Assembly: GCA_905211265.1 (NCBI GenBank)
Contig: CAJMAC010000004.1
Span: 41,976 to 105,975, forward strand
Direction of reading: 5' to 3'
DNA length: 64,000 bases
Source of the DNA: an uncultured Eubacteriales bacterium
GTDB taxonomy: Bacteria; Bacillota_I; Bacilli_A; RF39; UBA660
Positions 20,204 through 29,631 of the stretch are shown here, one piece after another. How positions within the stretch are numbered: the stretch's first letter is position 1; each line of letters begins with the position of its first letter. The notes below the pieces were generated by a model. It was not told the DNA's origin. It ran no database searches and saw nothing but the letters and a program-made list of their open reading frames with translations. Both the position numbers and the translations under genes were made by a program.

Positions 20204-20288
20204 AATTTTGAAACTTTAAGTTCAAAATTACTTTTTAATAACCTTAGGTATTAAAAAACCTTGGAATAGCTTTTTAGTTATGGAAAGG
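20204..20288 (-). repeat. Triple-hairpin intergenic element, copy B (13 nt after the PFOR stop)
   Basis: AATTTTGAA(20204-12)/TTCAAAATT(20221-29); CTTTTTAATA(20231-40)/TATTAAAAAA(20249-58); CCTT..AAGG(20259-88). Hairpin 1 differs from copies A and C by two compensatory pair changes. Confidence 0.85.
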
Positions 20289-20301
20289 AAAAAAGAAAGA
20301 A

Positions 20302-23300
20302 TTAATCTTCTTTCCTATTATCTTGAACTTTATAATAATTATATCTAGATATTGCCCATTCTTTTTGATTATCTAGTATTTTGTCACAATCTTTTGGATT
20401 TATTTGTTTAAGATTTGCATATCTATTTTCAGTCATTAAAAACTCATCATATTTATCAAAGTTTGGTTTGGAATCCATAGTTAATTCTTTAATATCAGGA
20501 TTATATCTAAATGTTATAAAGTAACCACATTCTGTTGCTAAATAAGCATTTGTTTGGCTATGTTCCATTCCTTGTTTTATACCATGCTCAATACATGGAG
20601 AGTATGCAATTATTAATGATGGTCCATTGTGGTTTGTTGCTTCTTTTAATACTTTTAGGTATTGTTCTTGATTATAACCTATATTAGTTTGTGCTACATA
20701 AACATTTGGATAACACATAGCCATTCTTGCTAAGTCTTTTTTATAATTCTTTTTACCATTGGAAGTAAATGATGCAATTGAGCCTAAATTACTTGATTTT
20801 GATGATTGTCCTCCGGTATTAGAGTATACTTCGGTATCTAGTACTAAGATATTTATATTTTCATTGGTAGATAATACATGGTCTAATCCACCGAATCCTA
20901 TATCATAAGCAAATCCATCTCCACCGATTATCCACATTGATTTTGGTACAATATAGTCTTTTAATTTTTCTAGATATGGATGAGAATTATAATCTATTTT
21001 ATCTTTTACTTCTTTACATATTTCATAATTATCCATATTATTTATCCATTTTTTAAATAATGGTGTCATATTATCTTCCATATATTTTTTTATTTTATTT
21101 CTTTTTACATTTATTCCTGTTTTAATACCTAATCCATACTCAGAATTATCTTCGAATAAACTACTTGCCCAAGGTATATTATATGCGATTGATGGCATAC
21201 TTGCACTATATATGGAAGAACATCCTGTAGCATTAGCAATTATTATGTTATCTGAAAACATTCTTGTAAGATTAGTTAAATATGGTGTTTCTCCACAACC
21301 TGCACATGCTCCAGAAAACTCAAATTTTGGTTCTTTCATGCTTATGCTTTTTACATTTAATGTAGGTAATGCTTTTTCACTATTTAAGTTGTTTTTTACT
21401 AAGTAATCAAATTCTTGATTAGTAAATTCTTCTTTATTATATGGTTTCATAGTTAAGGCTTTTTTACCTAATTTACCAGGACAAGCATTTACACATACTC
21501 CACATCCTGTACAATCTTTATATGAAACTGATACTACATAGTTTGTATCCTTTGGTAAGATACTTGGTATAGAATCAACAGCATTATTATTTTTATCTAT
21601 AACATATGGTCTTATTACGCCATGAGGACATGCAAAGGCACATTTTCCACATTGAATACAATTTTCTTTTATCCAACAAGGTACATTTTCTGCAATTTCT
21701 CTTTTTTCTTTATCTGTTGTATGTTTAACTATTCCTTGCTTTTTATCTAGAAATGCACTTACTGGTAAGTTATCTCCATGTAATTTATTTATTGTTTCAT
21801 AGAAATCTAATTCTTCGTTTGGTATTTTTAATTTTGACCAAGTACTATCTACTTCGATTTCATTAATATATTTATCTGATACTTCGACTATTTTATTATT
21901 GATATCTACTATTTTTTGTCCTTTATGTTTAAATCTAGTTTCATTAGTTTCTTTCATTATTTGTTTTACTTTATTAATTGGCATAATACCTATTATTTTA
22001 AAGATACATACTTCCATACAGGTACTTATTTTATTTTTAAGTCCTAATTCATTTGCTATTTTATAGGCGTCTATGGTAAATAATTTTAAGTTTTTATCAG
22101 ATATTATTTTCTTTATTTTATTAGGTAATGAGGTAATTAATTCATTACTATTTAGATTGGTATTTAAAAGTACTATGCCATTATCTTTGATATTATCTAA
22201 GACATCATATTTATAAATGTAGGTATCTTTGGAGATTACTACTAAGGATGGATTTTCTACATAATAAGATGACATTATTGTATTTTTACTTATTCTTAAG
22301 TGACTTCTGGTTACTCCACCAGACTTTTTAGAATCATATTGGAAGTATCCTTGGACATAGTTTTTAGTATGATTTCCTATTATTTTTATTATATCTTTGG
22401 ATGTTGATACCATTCCGTCTGAACCAAAACCATAGAATAAGTATTCTATATTTCCTGTATCTATTTTAAAGTTATTATCTACTTTTAAACTTAATTTTGT
22501 TACATCATCATTTATACTTATAGTAAAGTTGTTTTTATTTTTTTCTTTTAAATTTGTGTATACTGCCATAATATCTCTTGGGGTAGTATTTTTAGAAGAT
22601 AGTCCGTAGCGTCCTCCAATAATTTTTATTTCTTTATCTTTAAGAGCATTTACGATATCTAAATATAGTGGTTCTCCAATTGAACCTGGTTCTTTTGTTC
22701 TATCTAATACTGCAATATTTGTTACTGTTTTAGGTAAAACTTTTTGTAAATATGTGGAAGAAAATGGTCTATATAGATGTACTTCGATTAATCCTAAATC
22801 TTGGTCATTTAGATAATTAAGTAATTCTTTTATGGTATTACATACACTTCCCATTGCTACAATTACATATTTTGCTTTTTTAGAACCATAGTAATTAAAT
22901 GGTTTATAGTCTGTTTTTTCTAATTTATTTATTTTTTCCATATAGTCTGATACGATATCTGGTACATTTAGATAGTCTGTATTTCTTGACTCTGTATGTT
23001 GAAAATAGATATCTTCATTTTCTGCAGTTCCTCTTGTGTTGGGATTTTCATTATTCATTTGTCTATTTCTAAAGTTATCAAGGGCTTTTTTATCTATCAT
23101 TTTTTCTATTCTGTTATAATCCATTAATTTTATTTTATTTATTTCATGACTTGTTCTAAAACCATCGAAGAAATGTACAAATGGTAATGATGATGATATT
23201 GCTGAAAGGTGTGCTACTGCAGATAAATGGTATGCTTCAGTGGGATTAGAAGACGCTAACATACATACTCCAGTTTGTCTTACGGCATATACATCTTGAT

Positions 23301-23676
23301 GGTCTCCGAATATTGATAAAGCATGAGTAGATAAACTTCTTGCTGCTACATGAAGGACTCCTGGTAACATTTCTCCTGCCATTTTATATAATGATGGTAT
23401 CATAAGTAATAATCCTTGGCTTGCTGTAAATGTTGTTGCTAAAACTCCTGAATTTAAGGCACCATGCACTAAAGCTACTGCACCTTGTTCTGATTGCATT
23501 TCTATTACTTTTGTTTTATTATTAAAGAAATTTAATTCTTCGGTATTACTAATTAAATCTACTTTTTCTGCCATTGGGGAAGCTGGTGTTATGGGATATA
23601 TTCCGCATACTTCACTAAATTTATATGCTACATTTGCTACTGCTTCATTGGCATCCATTGTTTTAAATTTATTCAT
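20302..23676 (-). CDS. nifJ: Pyruvate:ferredoxin (flavodoxin) oxidoreductase
   Basis: 1124 aa single-chain PFOR. N-terminal MDANEAVANVAYKFSEV, two 4Fe-4S ferredoxin motifs (CIQCGKCAFACP, CTGCGVCVNACP), and a TPP-binding region GGDGFAYDIG. Confidence 0.95.
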   Translation of the reverse strand: MNKFKTMDANEAVANVAYKFSEVCGIYPITPASPMAEKVDLISNTEELNFFNNKTKVIEMQSEQGAVALVHGALNSGVLATTFTASQGLLLMIPSLYKMAGEMLPGVLHVAARSLSTHALSIFGDHQDVYAVRQTGVCMLASSNPTEAYHLSAVAHLSAISSSLPFVHFFDGFRTSHEINKIKLMDYNRIEKMIDKKALDNFRNRQMNNENPNTRGTAENEDIYFQHTESRNTDYLNVPDIVSDYMEKINKLEKTDYKPFNYYGSKKAKYVIVAMGSVCNTIKELLNYLNDQDLGLIEVHLYRPFSSTYLQKVLPKTVTNIAVLDRTKEPGSIGEPLYLDIVNALKDKEIKIIGGRYGLSSKNTTPRDIMAVYTNLKEKNKNNFTISINDDVTKLSLKVDNNFKIDTGNIEYLFYGFGSDGMVSTSKDIIKIIGNHTKNYVQGYFQYDSKKSGGVTRSHLRISKNTIMSSYYVENPSLVVISKDTYIYKYDVLDNIKDNGIVLLNTNLNSNELITSLPNKIKKIISDKNLKLFTIDAYKIANELGLKNKISTCMEVCIFKIIGIMPINKVKQIMKETNETRFKHKGQKIVDINNKIVEVSDKYINEIEVDSTWSKLKIPNEELDFYETINKLHGDNLPVSAFLDKKQGIVKHTTDKEKREIAENVPCWIKENCIQCGKCAFACPHGVIRPYVIDKNNNAVDSIPSILPKDTNYVVSVSYKDCTGCGVCVNACPGKLGKKALTMKPYNKEEFTNQEFDYLVKNNLNSEKALPTLNVKSISMKEPKFEFSGACAGCGETPYLTNLTRMFSDNIIIANATGCSSIYSASMPSIAYNIPWASSLFEDNSEYGLGIKTGINVKRNKIKKYMEDNMTPLFKKWINNMDNYEICKEVKDKIDYNSHPYLEKLKDYIVPKSMWIIGGDGFAYDIGFGGLDHVLSTNENINILVLDTEVYSNTGGQSSKSSNLGSIASFTSNGKKNYKKDLARMAMCYPNVYVAQTNIGYNQEQYLKVLKEATNHNGPSLIIAYSPCIEHGIKQGMEHSQTNAYLATECGYFITFRYNPDIKELTMDSKPNFDKYDEFLMTENRYANLKQINPKDCDKILDNQKEWAISRYNYYKVQDNRKED

Positions 23677-23796
23677 ATAATCACATCCTTTTTTCTATTA
23701 TAATTATATAATAAAGATATGATTATTACAAGCAAATTATTTAAAAAGGATAATTTTTATTGGTTAGTAAATTTTATTTTATTTATTTGAAATTAT

Positions 23797-23830
23797 ATAA
23801 AAAGGCTTAACTTTCTTTACAAGTTAAGCC
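23797..23830 (-). terminator. Intrinsic terminator of the lipoprotein gene
   Basis: GGCTTAACTT(23804-13)/AAGTTAAGCC(23821-30) form a 10-bp stem with a 7-nt loop, followed on the minus strand by a T-rich tract (TTTTTAT; plus 23797-23803). The stop codon lies inside the stem. Confidence 0.7.
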
Positions 23831-24367
23831 TTGATTTGAATAAGTATCTTTTATTTTGGTATAACTTCTATCAACATTAAATCTTTTTATGTCAGTATCA
23901 TTAATTGTAGTTAAATCTAGGTCGTACATTACTTTATAACTATTATTGGTATTATCTTCTATTTTTGAGGTAAAACCTTTAATGTTAGTATTATTTATTT
24001 GGTTTGTATGTCTATCTTTTATACCAGAAAGATCTAATATTGTATTATAAACTCCACCGATAATATCATCTACTGTGTCTCCGACTACACCATCTACTAT
24101 ACCATTATTATCAGTATTTGTGGTGTTATCACTAGTTGTACCATCAGTACCTGTATTAACTCCATCGGTATATTCTTTTTGGTTATAATTATAGGTAATA
24201 GTTACATGGGTTACGGTGTCATTTTTATAGGTTACTTTATATTCTGTACCACTAGTTAGTCCGTTATATGTATTTTCTCTTGTACAAGTCATTACTTTTT
24301 CATCATTACAACCTGTTAAAAGTAATAGTAAACTTATACTTAATATTAGATATGTTGTTTTTTTCAT
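23807..24367 (-). CDS. Putative lipoprotein
   Basis: The true start is MKKTTYLILSISLLLLLTGC (lipobox LLTGC) at 24367, behind RBS AAAGGAG. The tracked N-terminal extension to 24439 overlaps asnS and is not credible. Confidence 0.75.
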   Translation of the reverse strand: MKKTTYLILSISLLLLLTGCNDEKVMTCTRENTYNGLTSGTEYKVTYKNDTVTHVTITYNYNQKEYTDGVNTGTDGTTSDNTTNTDNNGIVDGVVGDTVDDIIGGVYNTILDLSGIKDRHTNQINNTNIKGFTSKIEDNTNNSYKVMYDLDLTTINDTDIKRFNVDRSYTKIKDTYSNQGLTCKES

Positions 24368-24428
24368 AATTACTCCTTTCATATATAGTATGGAGTAAAT
24401 TTTTAGAAAAATACATTTTTTTATTTTT

Positions 24429-25799
24429 TTAAAATTCACAGTTATTTGGAGTTCTTGGATATGGTATTACATCTCTTATATTTTCTACGCCAGTTAGATA
24501 GATTAATAATCTTTCAAATCCCATACCAAATCCTGAATGGACACATCCTCCAAATTTTCTTAAATTTAAGTACCAATCCATTCCTTCTTCTGGCATATTT
24601 AATTCTTTCATTCTTTGAATTAATTTTTCGTAATTCTCTTCTCTTTGAGAACCTCCCATTAATTCTCCTGCACCTGGAACTTCTAAGTCTACTGCTGCAA
24701 CAGTTTTTCCATCTGGATTTTGTTTCATGTAAAATGCTTTAATATCTTTTGGCCAATCTGTTATAAATACTGGGCCGTTAAAGTGTTCTGTAATATATTT
24801 TTCATGTTCTTTGGCTATGTCTTCACCATATTCAGGAGCAAACTCCCAATCTACTTTTGCTTCTTTTAATATTGTGATTACATCGTGATGTTTTATTCTT
24901 GTAAAGTGACTATTTACTAATTTTGTTAATTTTTCTATTAATCCTTTTTCTACAAATTTATCAAAGAATTCCATTTCTGTTGGACAATTATCTAATACAT
25001 ATTTTACTACATATTTTAGCATTCCTTCCATAACATCCATGTCACCATTTAAGTCACAAAATGCTATTTCTGGTTCAATCATCCAAAATTCTGAAGCGTG
25101 TGTTTTTGTATTTGAATTTTCTGCTCTAAAAGTTGGACCAAAGGTATAGATTTTCTTGTATGCCATTGCAAATGTTTCTCCTTGTAGTTGTCCTGATACT
25201 GTTAGGGCAGTTGGTTTTCCAAAGAAATCTTTTGAATAATCTACTTTTCCTGTTTCAGCAATTTTGTTTAAATCTAATGTTGTTACTTGGAACATTTCTC
25301 CTGCTCCTTCACAATCTGATGCTGTAATTAATGGTGTATGTACATATACATAGTTATTTTCTTGGAAATATTTATGTATTGCATATGCTGCTACACTTCT
25401 TACTTTAAATACTGCTTGAAATAAGTTTGTTCTTGGTCTAAGGTACGCTATTTCTCTTAGGTATTCTCTTGTTGGTCTACCTTTAGCTTGTAATGGATAA
25501 TCATCTGGACAATCTCCTTCAAGAGTTAATTCTTCAAGTGTTAGTTCAAATTTTTGCCCTTCTTTTGGGGAAGTAATAAGTGTTCCTTTAACAGTTACTG
25601 CACTTCCTAATTTTATTTTTGTTATGTCTTCGAAGGTTGGTAAATTATCTTCATATACTACTTGTAAGCCATTAAAAGTTGTACCATCATGTAAGTCAAT
25701 AAAACCAAAATGTGCTTGTTTTCTATGACTTCTTACCCATCCTTGCACTGTGATTTTCTCTCCAATATGATCACTAACATATAATTCTTTAATATCCAT
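24429..25799 (-). CDS. asnS: Asparagine--tRNA ligase
   Basis: 456 aa class IIb enzyme. Has an OB-fold N-terminus and the AsnRS signature FRAENSNTKTHASEFWMIEPE. C-terminal motif 3 is GFGMGFERL. Confidence 0.93.
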   Translation of the reverse strand: MDIKELYVSDHIGEKITVQGWVRSHRKQAHFGFIDLHDGTTFNGLQVVYEDNLPTFEDITKIKLGSAVTVKGTLITSPKEGQKFELTLEELTLEGDCPDDYPLQAKGRPTREYLREIAYLRPRTNLFQAVFKVRSVAAYAIHKYFQENNYVYVHTPLITASDCEGAGEMFQVTTLDLNKIAETGKVDYSKDFFGKPTALTVSGQLQGETFAMAYKKIYTFGPTFRAENSNTKTHASEFWMIEPEIAFCDLNGDMDVMEGMLKYVVKYVLDNCPTEMEFFDKFVEKGLIEKLTKLVNSHFTRIKHHDVITILKEAKVDWEFAPEYGEDIAKEHEKYITEHFNGPVFITDWPKDIKAFYMKQNPDGKTVAAVDLEVPGAGELMGGSQREENYEKLIQRMKELNMPEEGMDWYLNLRKFGGCVHSGFGMGFERLLIYLTGVENIRDVIPYPRTPNNCEF

Positions 25800-25809
25800 A
25801 ATTTTCCTC

Positions 25810-26166
25810 CTAGTTCATCATTTTTTTGTTTATTAAGTTTACATATCTTTTGGTATCTGTAGTTAATTTTGTGTATAGATTACTATAATGTCTTAATTCC
25901 ATAATTAAGTTTATGTCATCTTGTGATATGGAACCAACAAATTCTCTAGAATTAGTACTTCTAATTAAAGCTTCTCTTCCTAGTAAGTAATCAGTTGATG
26001 TACCAAATAATTCAGCCATCATTTCAAATGTTTCTAGACTTGGTAATCTTGTTCCACTTTCATAACCACATACTGATACTTTTGTTACTCCGATGATTTC
26101 TCCAAGTTGTTGTTGTGATAACCCTTTTTTAATTCTTTGTTCTTTAATCCTTTTACTAATTAACAT
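25810..26166 (-). CDS. XRE-family helix-turn-helix transcriptional regulator
   Basis: HTH_3 motif (LSQQQLGEIIGVTKVSVCGYESG). The ATG at 26166 has better RBS spacing than 26175. The stop lies 10 nt before the asnS start. Confidence 0.8.
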   Translation of the reverse strand: MLISKRIKEQRIKKGLSQQQLGEIIGVTKVSVCGYESGTRLPSLETFEMMAELFGTSTDYLLGREALIRSTNSREFVGSISQDDINLIMELRHYSNLYTKLTTDTKRYVNLINKKMMN

Positions 26167-26310
26167 TAAAATCATTCCTTTAAAGTGTTTAAAACAAAAA
26201 GTTATCTTCCTGTTAATTAATATTGTACAATAATTTTTTAAAAATGTATACTATTTATGGATATTTTTTTAATATTTATTGTAATTTTTGATAGAACTTA
26301 ATAATATTAC

Positions 26311-26664
26311 TCATTCTTTTTCTTCTTCATCATCGTTTCTTTTTTTAGCAGAGGTTAAAAATGTTACTTTTTCTGCAACTATTTCTGTTTTCTTTTTCTT
26401 TGTGCCGTCGTCTGATTCAATCATGCGAGTTTGTACTCTACCTTTTACTCCAAGCATATCACCAGTTTTACAATATTCAGTGGTGTTTTCTGCAATAGTA
26501 GTCCATAGTGTGCATTCTAAGAAGTCTGTGTCATATTCACCATTAATATTTTTGTAATTTCTTGGTACTGCTAATGTTATTGTAGTTGTAGATTTGCCAT
26601 TTTCTGTTACTCTTAATTCGGGTGTCTTTGCTAATCTTCCAACTAAAATTATTTGATTAACCAT
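26311..26664 (-). CDS. ssb: Single-stranded DNA-binding protein, short form (117 aa)
   Basis: The true start MVNQIILVGRLAKTPELR is at 26664, behind RBS AAAGGAGGG. OB-fold SSB core. The tail is DDEEEKE, without a DDDIPF-type tip. The tracked upstream extension is spurious. Confidence 0.85.
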   Translation of the reverse strand: MVNQIILVGRLAKTPELRVTENGKSTTTITLAVPRNYKNINGEYDTDFLECTLWTTIAENTTEYCKTGDMLGVKGRVQTRMIESDDGTKKKKTEIVAEKVTFLTSAKKRNDDEEEKE

Positions 26665-26685
26665 AATATCCCTCCTTTCAAGTGC

Positions 26686-26714
26686 AGTGTAACAAATTGA
26701 CATATTTTTTGCAA
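26686..26714 (-). promoter_or_regulatory. Sigma-A promoter for ssb
   Basis: Minus strand: TTGCAA (26709-14), 17 nt, TACACT (26686-91). Confidence 0.55.
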
Positions 26715-26740
26715 ATAGGTGAAAAAGTTTTTTAGACATA

Positions 26741-26776
26741 AAAAAACGCCCAAAAGAAGTTTTTCTCCTTAAGGGC
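26741..26776 (-). terminator. Putative intrinsic terminator after the amidase gene
   Basis: The minus strand reads GCCCTTAAGGAG-AAAAA-CTTCTTTTGGGC. This is a stem with a 2-nt internal mismatch, followed by GTTTTTTT. Confidence 0.5.
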
Positions 26777-26861
26777 AAAATCCCTTTTTATTATAACATG
26801 TATGTTATAATTTGCGGTTTAAAAAGGTTTTTTGGGTATTTTTATTAATTTTACATAAATT

Positions 26862-28181
26862 TTACACTTTTTTTAATAATATATCATTTATGGTATCAGA
26901 TATTGCACTTATATACTTATCTTTTTCCTGGTCTAATATTTCCATATCTTTTGAATTTGATAGATAACACATTTCAAGTAGGTATGCTTCTGCTCCTATG
27001 TTAGAGTTATAATAATCGTTACCTTCTTGTTCTTCGTTTCTATCATCAACATATGCACCAGTCATTATTCCGCCAGTTTCTCTAATCATATATAAATAAC
27101 TAGATAATGTGGTTATATCATAAGGTGTACGATTTTTATTTCTTGCTTCTTCGGCAGATGCTTCGATTTCTTTCTCGGTAAAGTTATGGGTATATACTCC
27201 ACTGAATACTCTATATGTTGATTTATTTGAATATGTAAGAGTAGTATTTTCAGTTATTTTTTTAACTAATTCTTTAGCAAAGTTATAATTAATCTTACTT
27301 GGAGTATATACTTCTACTCCATGAACTGATGGTGCACTACTATTTAGATGTAATGAAAATACATATTTGGCATATACTTCGTGAGATATTTGTGCTCTTC
27401 CACCTTTACCATAATAGTTAATTACTTTATTATTTGTTATGGTATTTTCATCCCATGTTAATTTTACTTTTAATCCTAACTTTTCTAAACTTTCTTTTAA
27501 AGATAAAGCCATATCCATAGTATAATCAGTTTCTTTTTTACCATTTACTACTGCTCCGGGATCCATTCCTCCATGTCCTGGATCTATTACTACATCATAT
27601 ATTTCAGCATCTTTATTTTCTGTTACATCAAACATTAGTGTTTGATAATCATTATTTGAATTAATTGATATTTTATTATTATATTTGCTTAATGTATAAT
27701 ATGTTGTCTCAGGATATGTTGTTTTATTATCTAATGAATAGTATTTATATGATATTTCTTCTTCATTTTTATCATTTGTAGTTTTATGTGTTGTTCTAAT
27801 AAATAGATAATATTTACCTGGGGTTATGTCATCAAGATATAATCCTTCGTTAATAAGGTCTGATAACTTAAATGATACTGTATTAATTTCTTTATCAGTA
27901 GTTATTTTTATAGTCGTAAATCTTTTTTCTGGTGATTCTTTTTTTTCTAATTTTAAGTCTTTGTTGTATAGTACTAGGTCAATATCATCATATTCTAGAT
28001 TATCTACGGTTAGAGAACCTTCGATATTTAGATGTGTACCATATACTATATATTTTGCTATTTCTGCTTTTGTTACTTCTGGGGTTAATGGTGGTGTTTT
28101 ATCTTTGGTTAATTCTACATATGCTACATAACCTCCAAATCCTAGAAATATTAAAATAATTATTATTATAAATTTTTTCAT
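26862..28181 (-). CDS. N-acetylmuramoyl-L-alanine amidase (Amidase_3), membrane-anchored
   Basis: N-terminal TM. The C-terminal catalytic domain has VVIDPGHGGMDPGAV and SLHLNS motifs. The start abuts the sufB stop. Confidence 0.85.
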   Translation of the reverse strand: MKKFIIIIILIFLGFGGYVAYVELTKDKTPPLTPEVTKAEIAKYIVYGTHLNIEGSLTVDNLEYDDIDLVLYNKDLKLEKKESPEKRFTTIKITTDKEINTVSFKLSDLINEGLYLDDITPGKYYLFIRTTHKTTNDKNEEEISYKYYSLDNKTTYPETTYYTLSKYNNKISINSNNDYQTLMFDVTENKDAEIYDVVIDPGHGGMDPGAVVNGKKETDYTMDMALSLKESLEKLGLKVKLTWDENTITNNKVINYYGKGGRAQISHEVYAKYVFSLHLNSSAPSVHGVEVYTPSKINYNFAKELVKKITENTTLTYSNKSTYRVFSGVYTHNFTEKEIEASAEEARNKNRTPYDITTLSSYLYMIRETGGIMTGAYVDDRNEEQEGNDYYNSNIGAEAYLLEMCYLSNSKDMEILDQEKDKYISAISDTINDILLKKV

Positions 28182-29492
28182 CTATGCACCTCCTATATTT
28201 AATGATAATAATCTATTTAATTCTACTGCATACTCCATAGGTAATTCTTCTCTAAATACATTTACAAATCCTAATACTAATAATTCTTTGGCAGCTTCTT
28301 CGTTTATTCCTCTTGCCATTAGATAGAATAATTCTTCATCTTTTATTTTAGATACTGTTGCTTCGTGTTCCAGAACTGATGTTTTATTATCAACAGTATT
28401 TGTAGGGATTGTATCACTTTTTGATTTGCCATCTAGGATTATTGTATCACATTTAATGGATGCTACTGAATGATGAGCTTGTGCTGTTATTTTAGCAGTT
28501 CCTCTATAATTTGCAGTTCCTCCATTGGATGCTATTGATTTACTTACAATATTACTTTTTGTATATGGTGCTAAGTGTATCATTTTGGCACCTGTATCTT
28601 GAATTTGATTTAATCCTGCGGATGCTACTGTTATACAGTTTCCTCTTGCATAAGGTCCTTTTAAAATGCAACTAGGATACTTCATATTTACTTTACTTCC
28701 AATATTTCCGTCAATCCATTCCATTAAGCCATTTGTGTCTACTACTGCTCTTTTAGTTACTAAGTTATAAACATCACTTGACCAGTTTTGAATTGTGGTA
28801 TAACGACATTTAGCATTTTTACCAACATATATTTCTACTACGGCAGCATGAAGTGCATCTTCAGTGTATGTTCTTGCAGTACATCCTTCGATATAGTTTA
28901 GTTCACTATTATCATCTACAATTATTAATGTTCTTTCAAATTGTCCCATATTTTTTGAATTAATTCTAAAATAACTTTGAAGTGGTCTATCTAATTTAGT
29001 ATTTTTAGGAATATAAATAAATGTTCCTCCACTCCATACTGCACCATTTAAGGCAGTAAATTTATTTTCATCATATTTTACTAAGTTGTTAAAATATTTT
29101 TTAAATAATTCAGGATACATTTTATATGCACTGTCAGTATCTAGAAAGATTACATTTTTTTGTTTTAATTCTTCAATCATATTATGATAAATTACTTCAC
29201 TATCATATTGTGCTCCAATTCCATCTAAATATTTCTTTTCTGCACTAATTACTCCAAGTTCATCGAATTCTTGTTTAATTGGACATGATATTTTATTCCA
29301 ATCATCTGTTAGTTCATTACTTCTTTCTTTATAGTAAGTAATTGTATCAAAATCAATATTTATTTCTGGTCCAAAGTTTGGTAAATCTAATTCGTTAAAT
29401 TTTTCTAAACTTTTTAATCTAAAATTAGTCATAAACTCATCTTCGTTTTTAATTTTAGATATATTTTTTACTACTTCTGTTGTTAATTTCAT
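28182..29492 (-). CDS. sufB: Fe-S cluster assembly scaffold protein SufB
   Basis: Clear SufB core (GGTFIYIPKN.., NYIEGCTA.., TIQNWS.., EHEATVSKI.., LFYLMARGI). The ATG at 29492 has RBS AAAGGTGA; the tracked start is a TTG. Confidence 0.9.
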   Translation of the reverse strand: MKLTTEVVKNISKIKNEDEFMTNFRLKSLEKFNELDLPNFGPEINIDFDTITYYKERSNELTDDWNKISCPIKQEFDELGVISAEKKYLDGIGAQYDSEVIYHNMIEELKQKNVIFLDTDSAYKMYPELFKKYFNNLVKYDENKFTALNGAVWSGGTFIYIPKNTKLDRPLQSYFRINSKNMGQFERTLIIVDDNSELNYIEGCTARTYTEDALHAAVVEIYVGKNAKCRYTTIQNWSSDVYNLVTKRAVVDTNGLMEWIDGNIGSKVNMKYPSCILKGPYARGNCITVASAGLNQIQDTGAKMIHLAPYTKSNIVSKSIASNGGTANYRGTAKITAQAHHSVASIKCDTIILDGKSKSDTIPTNTVDNKTSVLEHEATVSKIKDEELFYLMARGINEEAAKELLVLGFVNVFREELPMEYAVELNRLLSLNIGGA

Positions 29493-29521
29493 GTTATCAC
29501 CTTTTTCCAATTTATAACTAT

Positions 29522-29549
29522 ATTATACAGCAGAATAAGGGTTTTACAA
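29522..29549 (-). promoter_or_regulatory. Candidate promoter for sufB
   Basis: Minus strand: TTGTAA (29544-49), 16 nt, TATAAT (29522-27). Confidence 0.45.
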
Positions 29550-29631
29550 AGAAATATTATAATATTTTTATATTTTTACAAAATTTTACAAGTTATTACT
29601 ATTTTTTAATATAATTTACTAGGGTGAAATT

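Noticed and set aside
24368-24439. An N-terminal extension of the lipoprotein ORF (MNFKKIKKCIFLKIYSILYMKGVI) that overlaps the 3' end of asnS.
   Set aside because: The internal ATG at 24367 has a good RBS and starts a textbook signal peptide and lipobox, so the extension is an artefact of longest-ORF calling.
26665-26778. A 38-aa N-terminal extension of the SSB ORF.
   Set aside because: The extension runs through the promoter and terminator region. The canonical SSB N-terminus MVNQIILVGRL follows a strong RBS at 26664.
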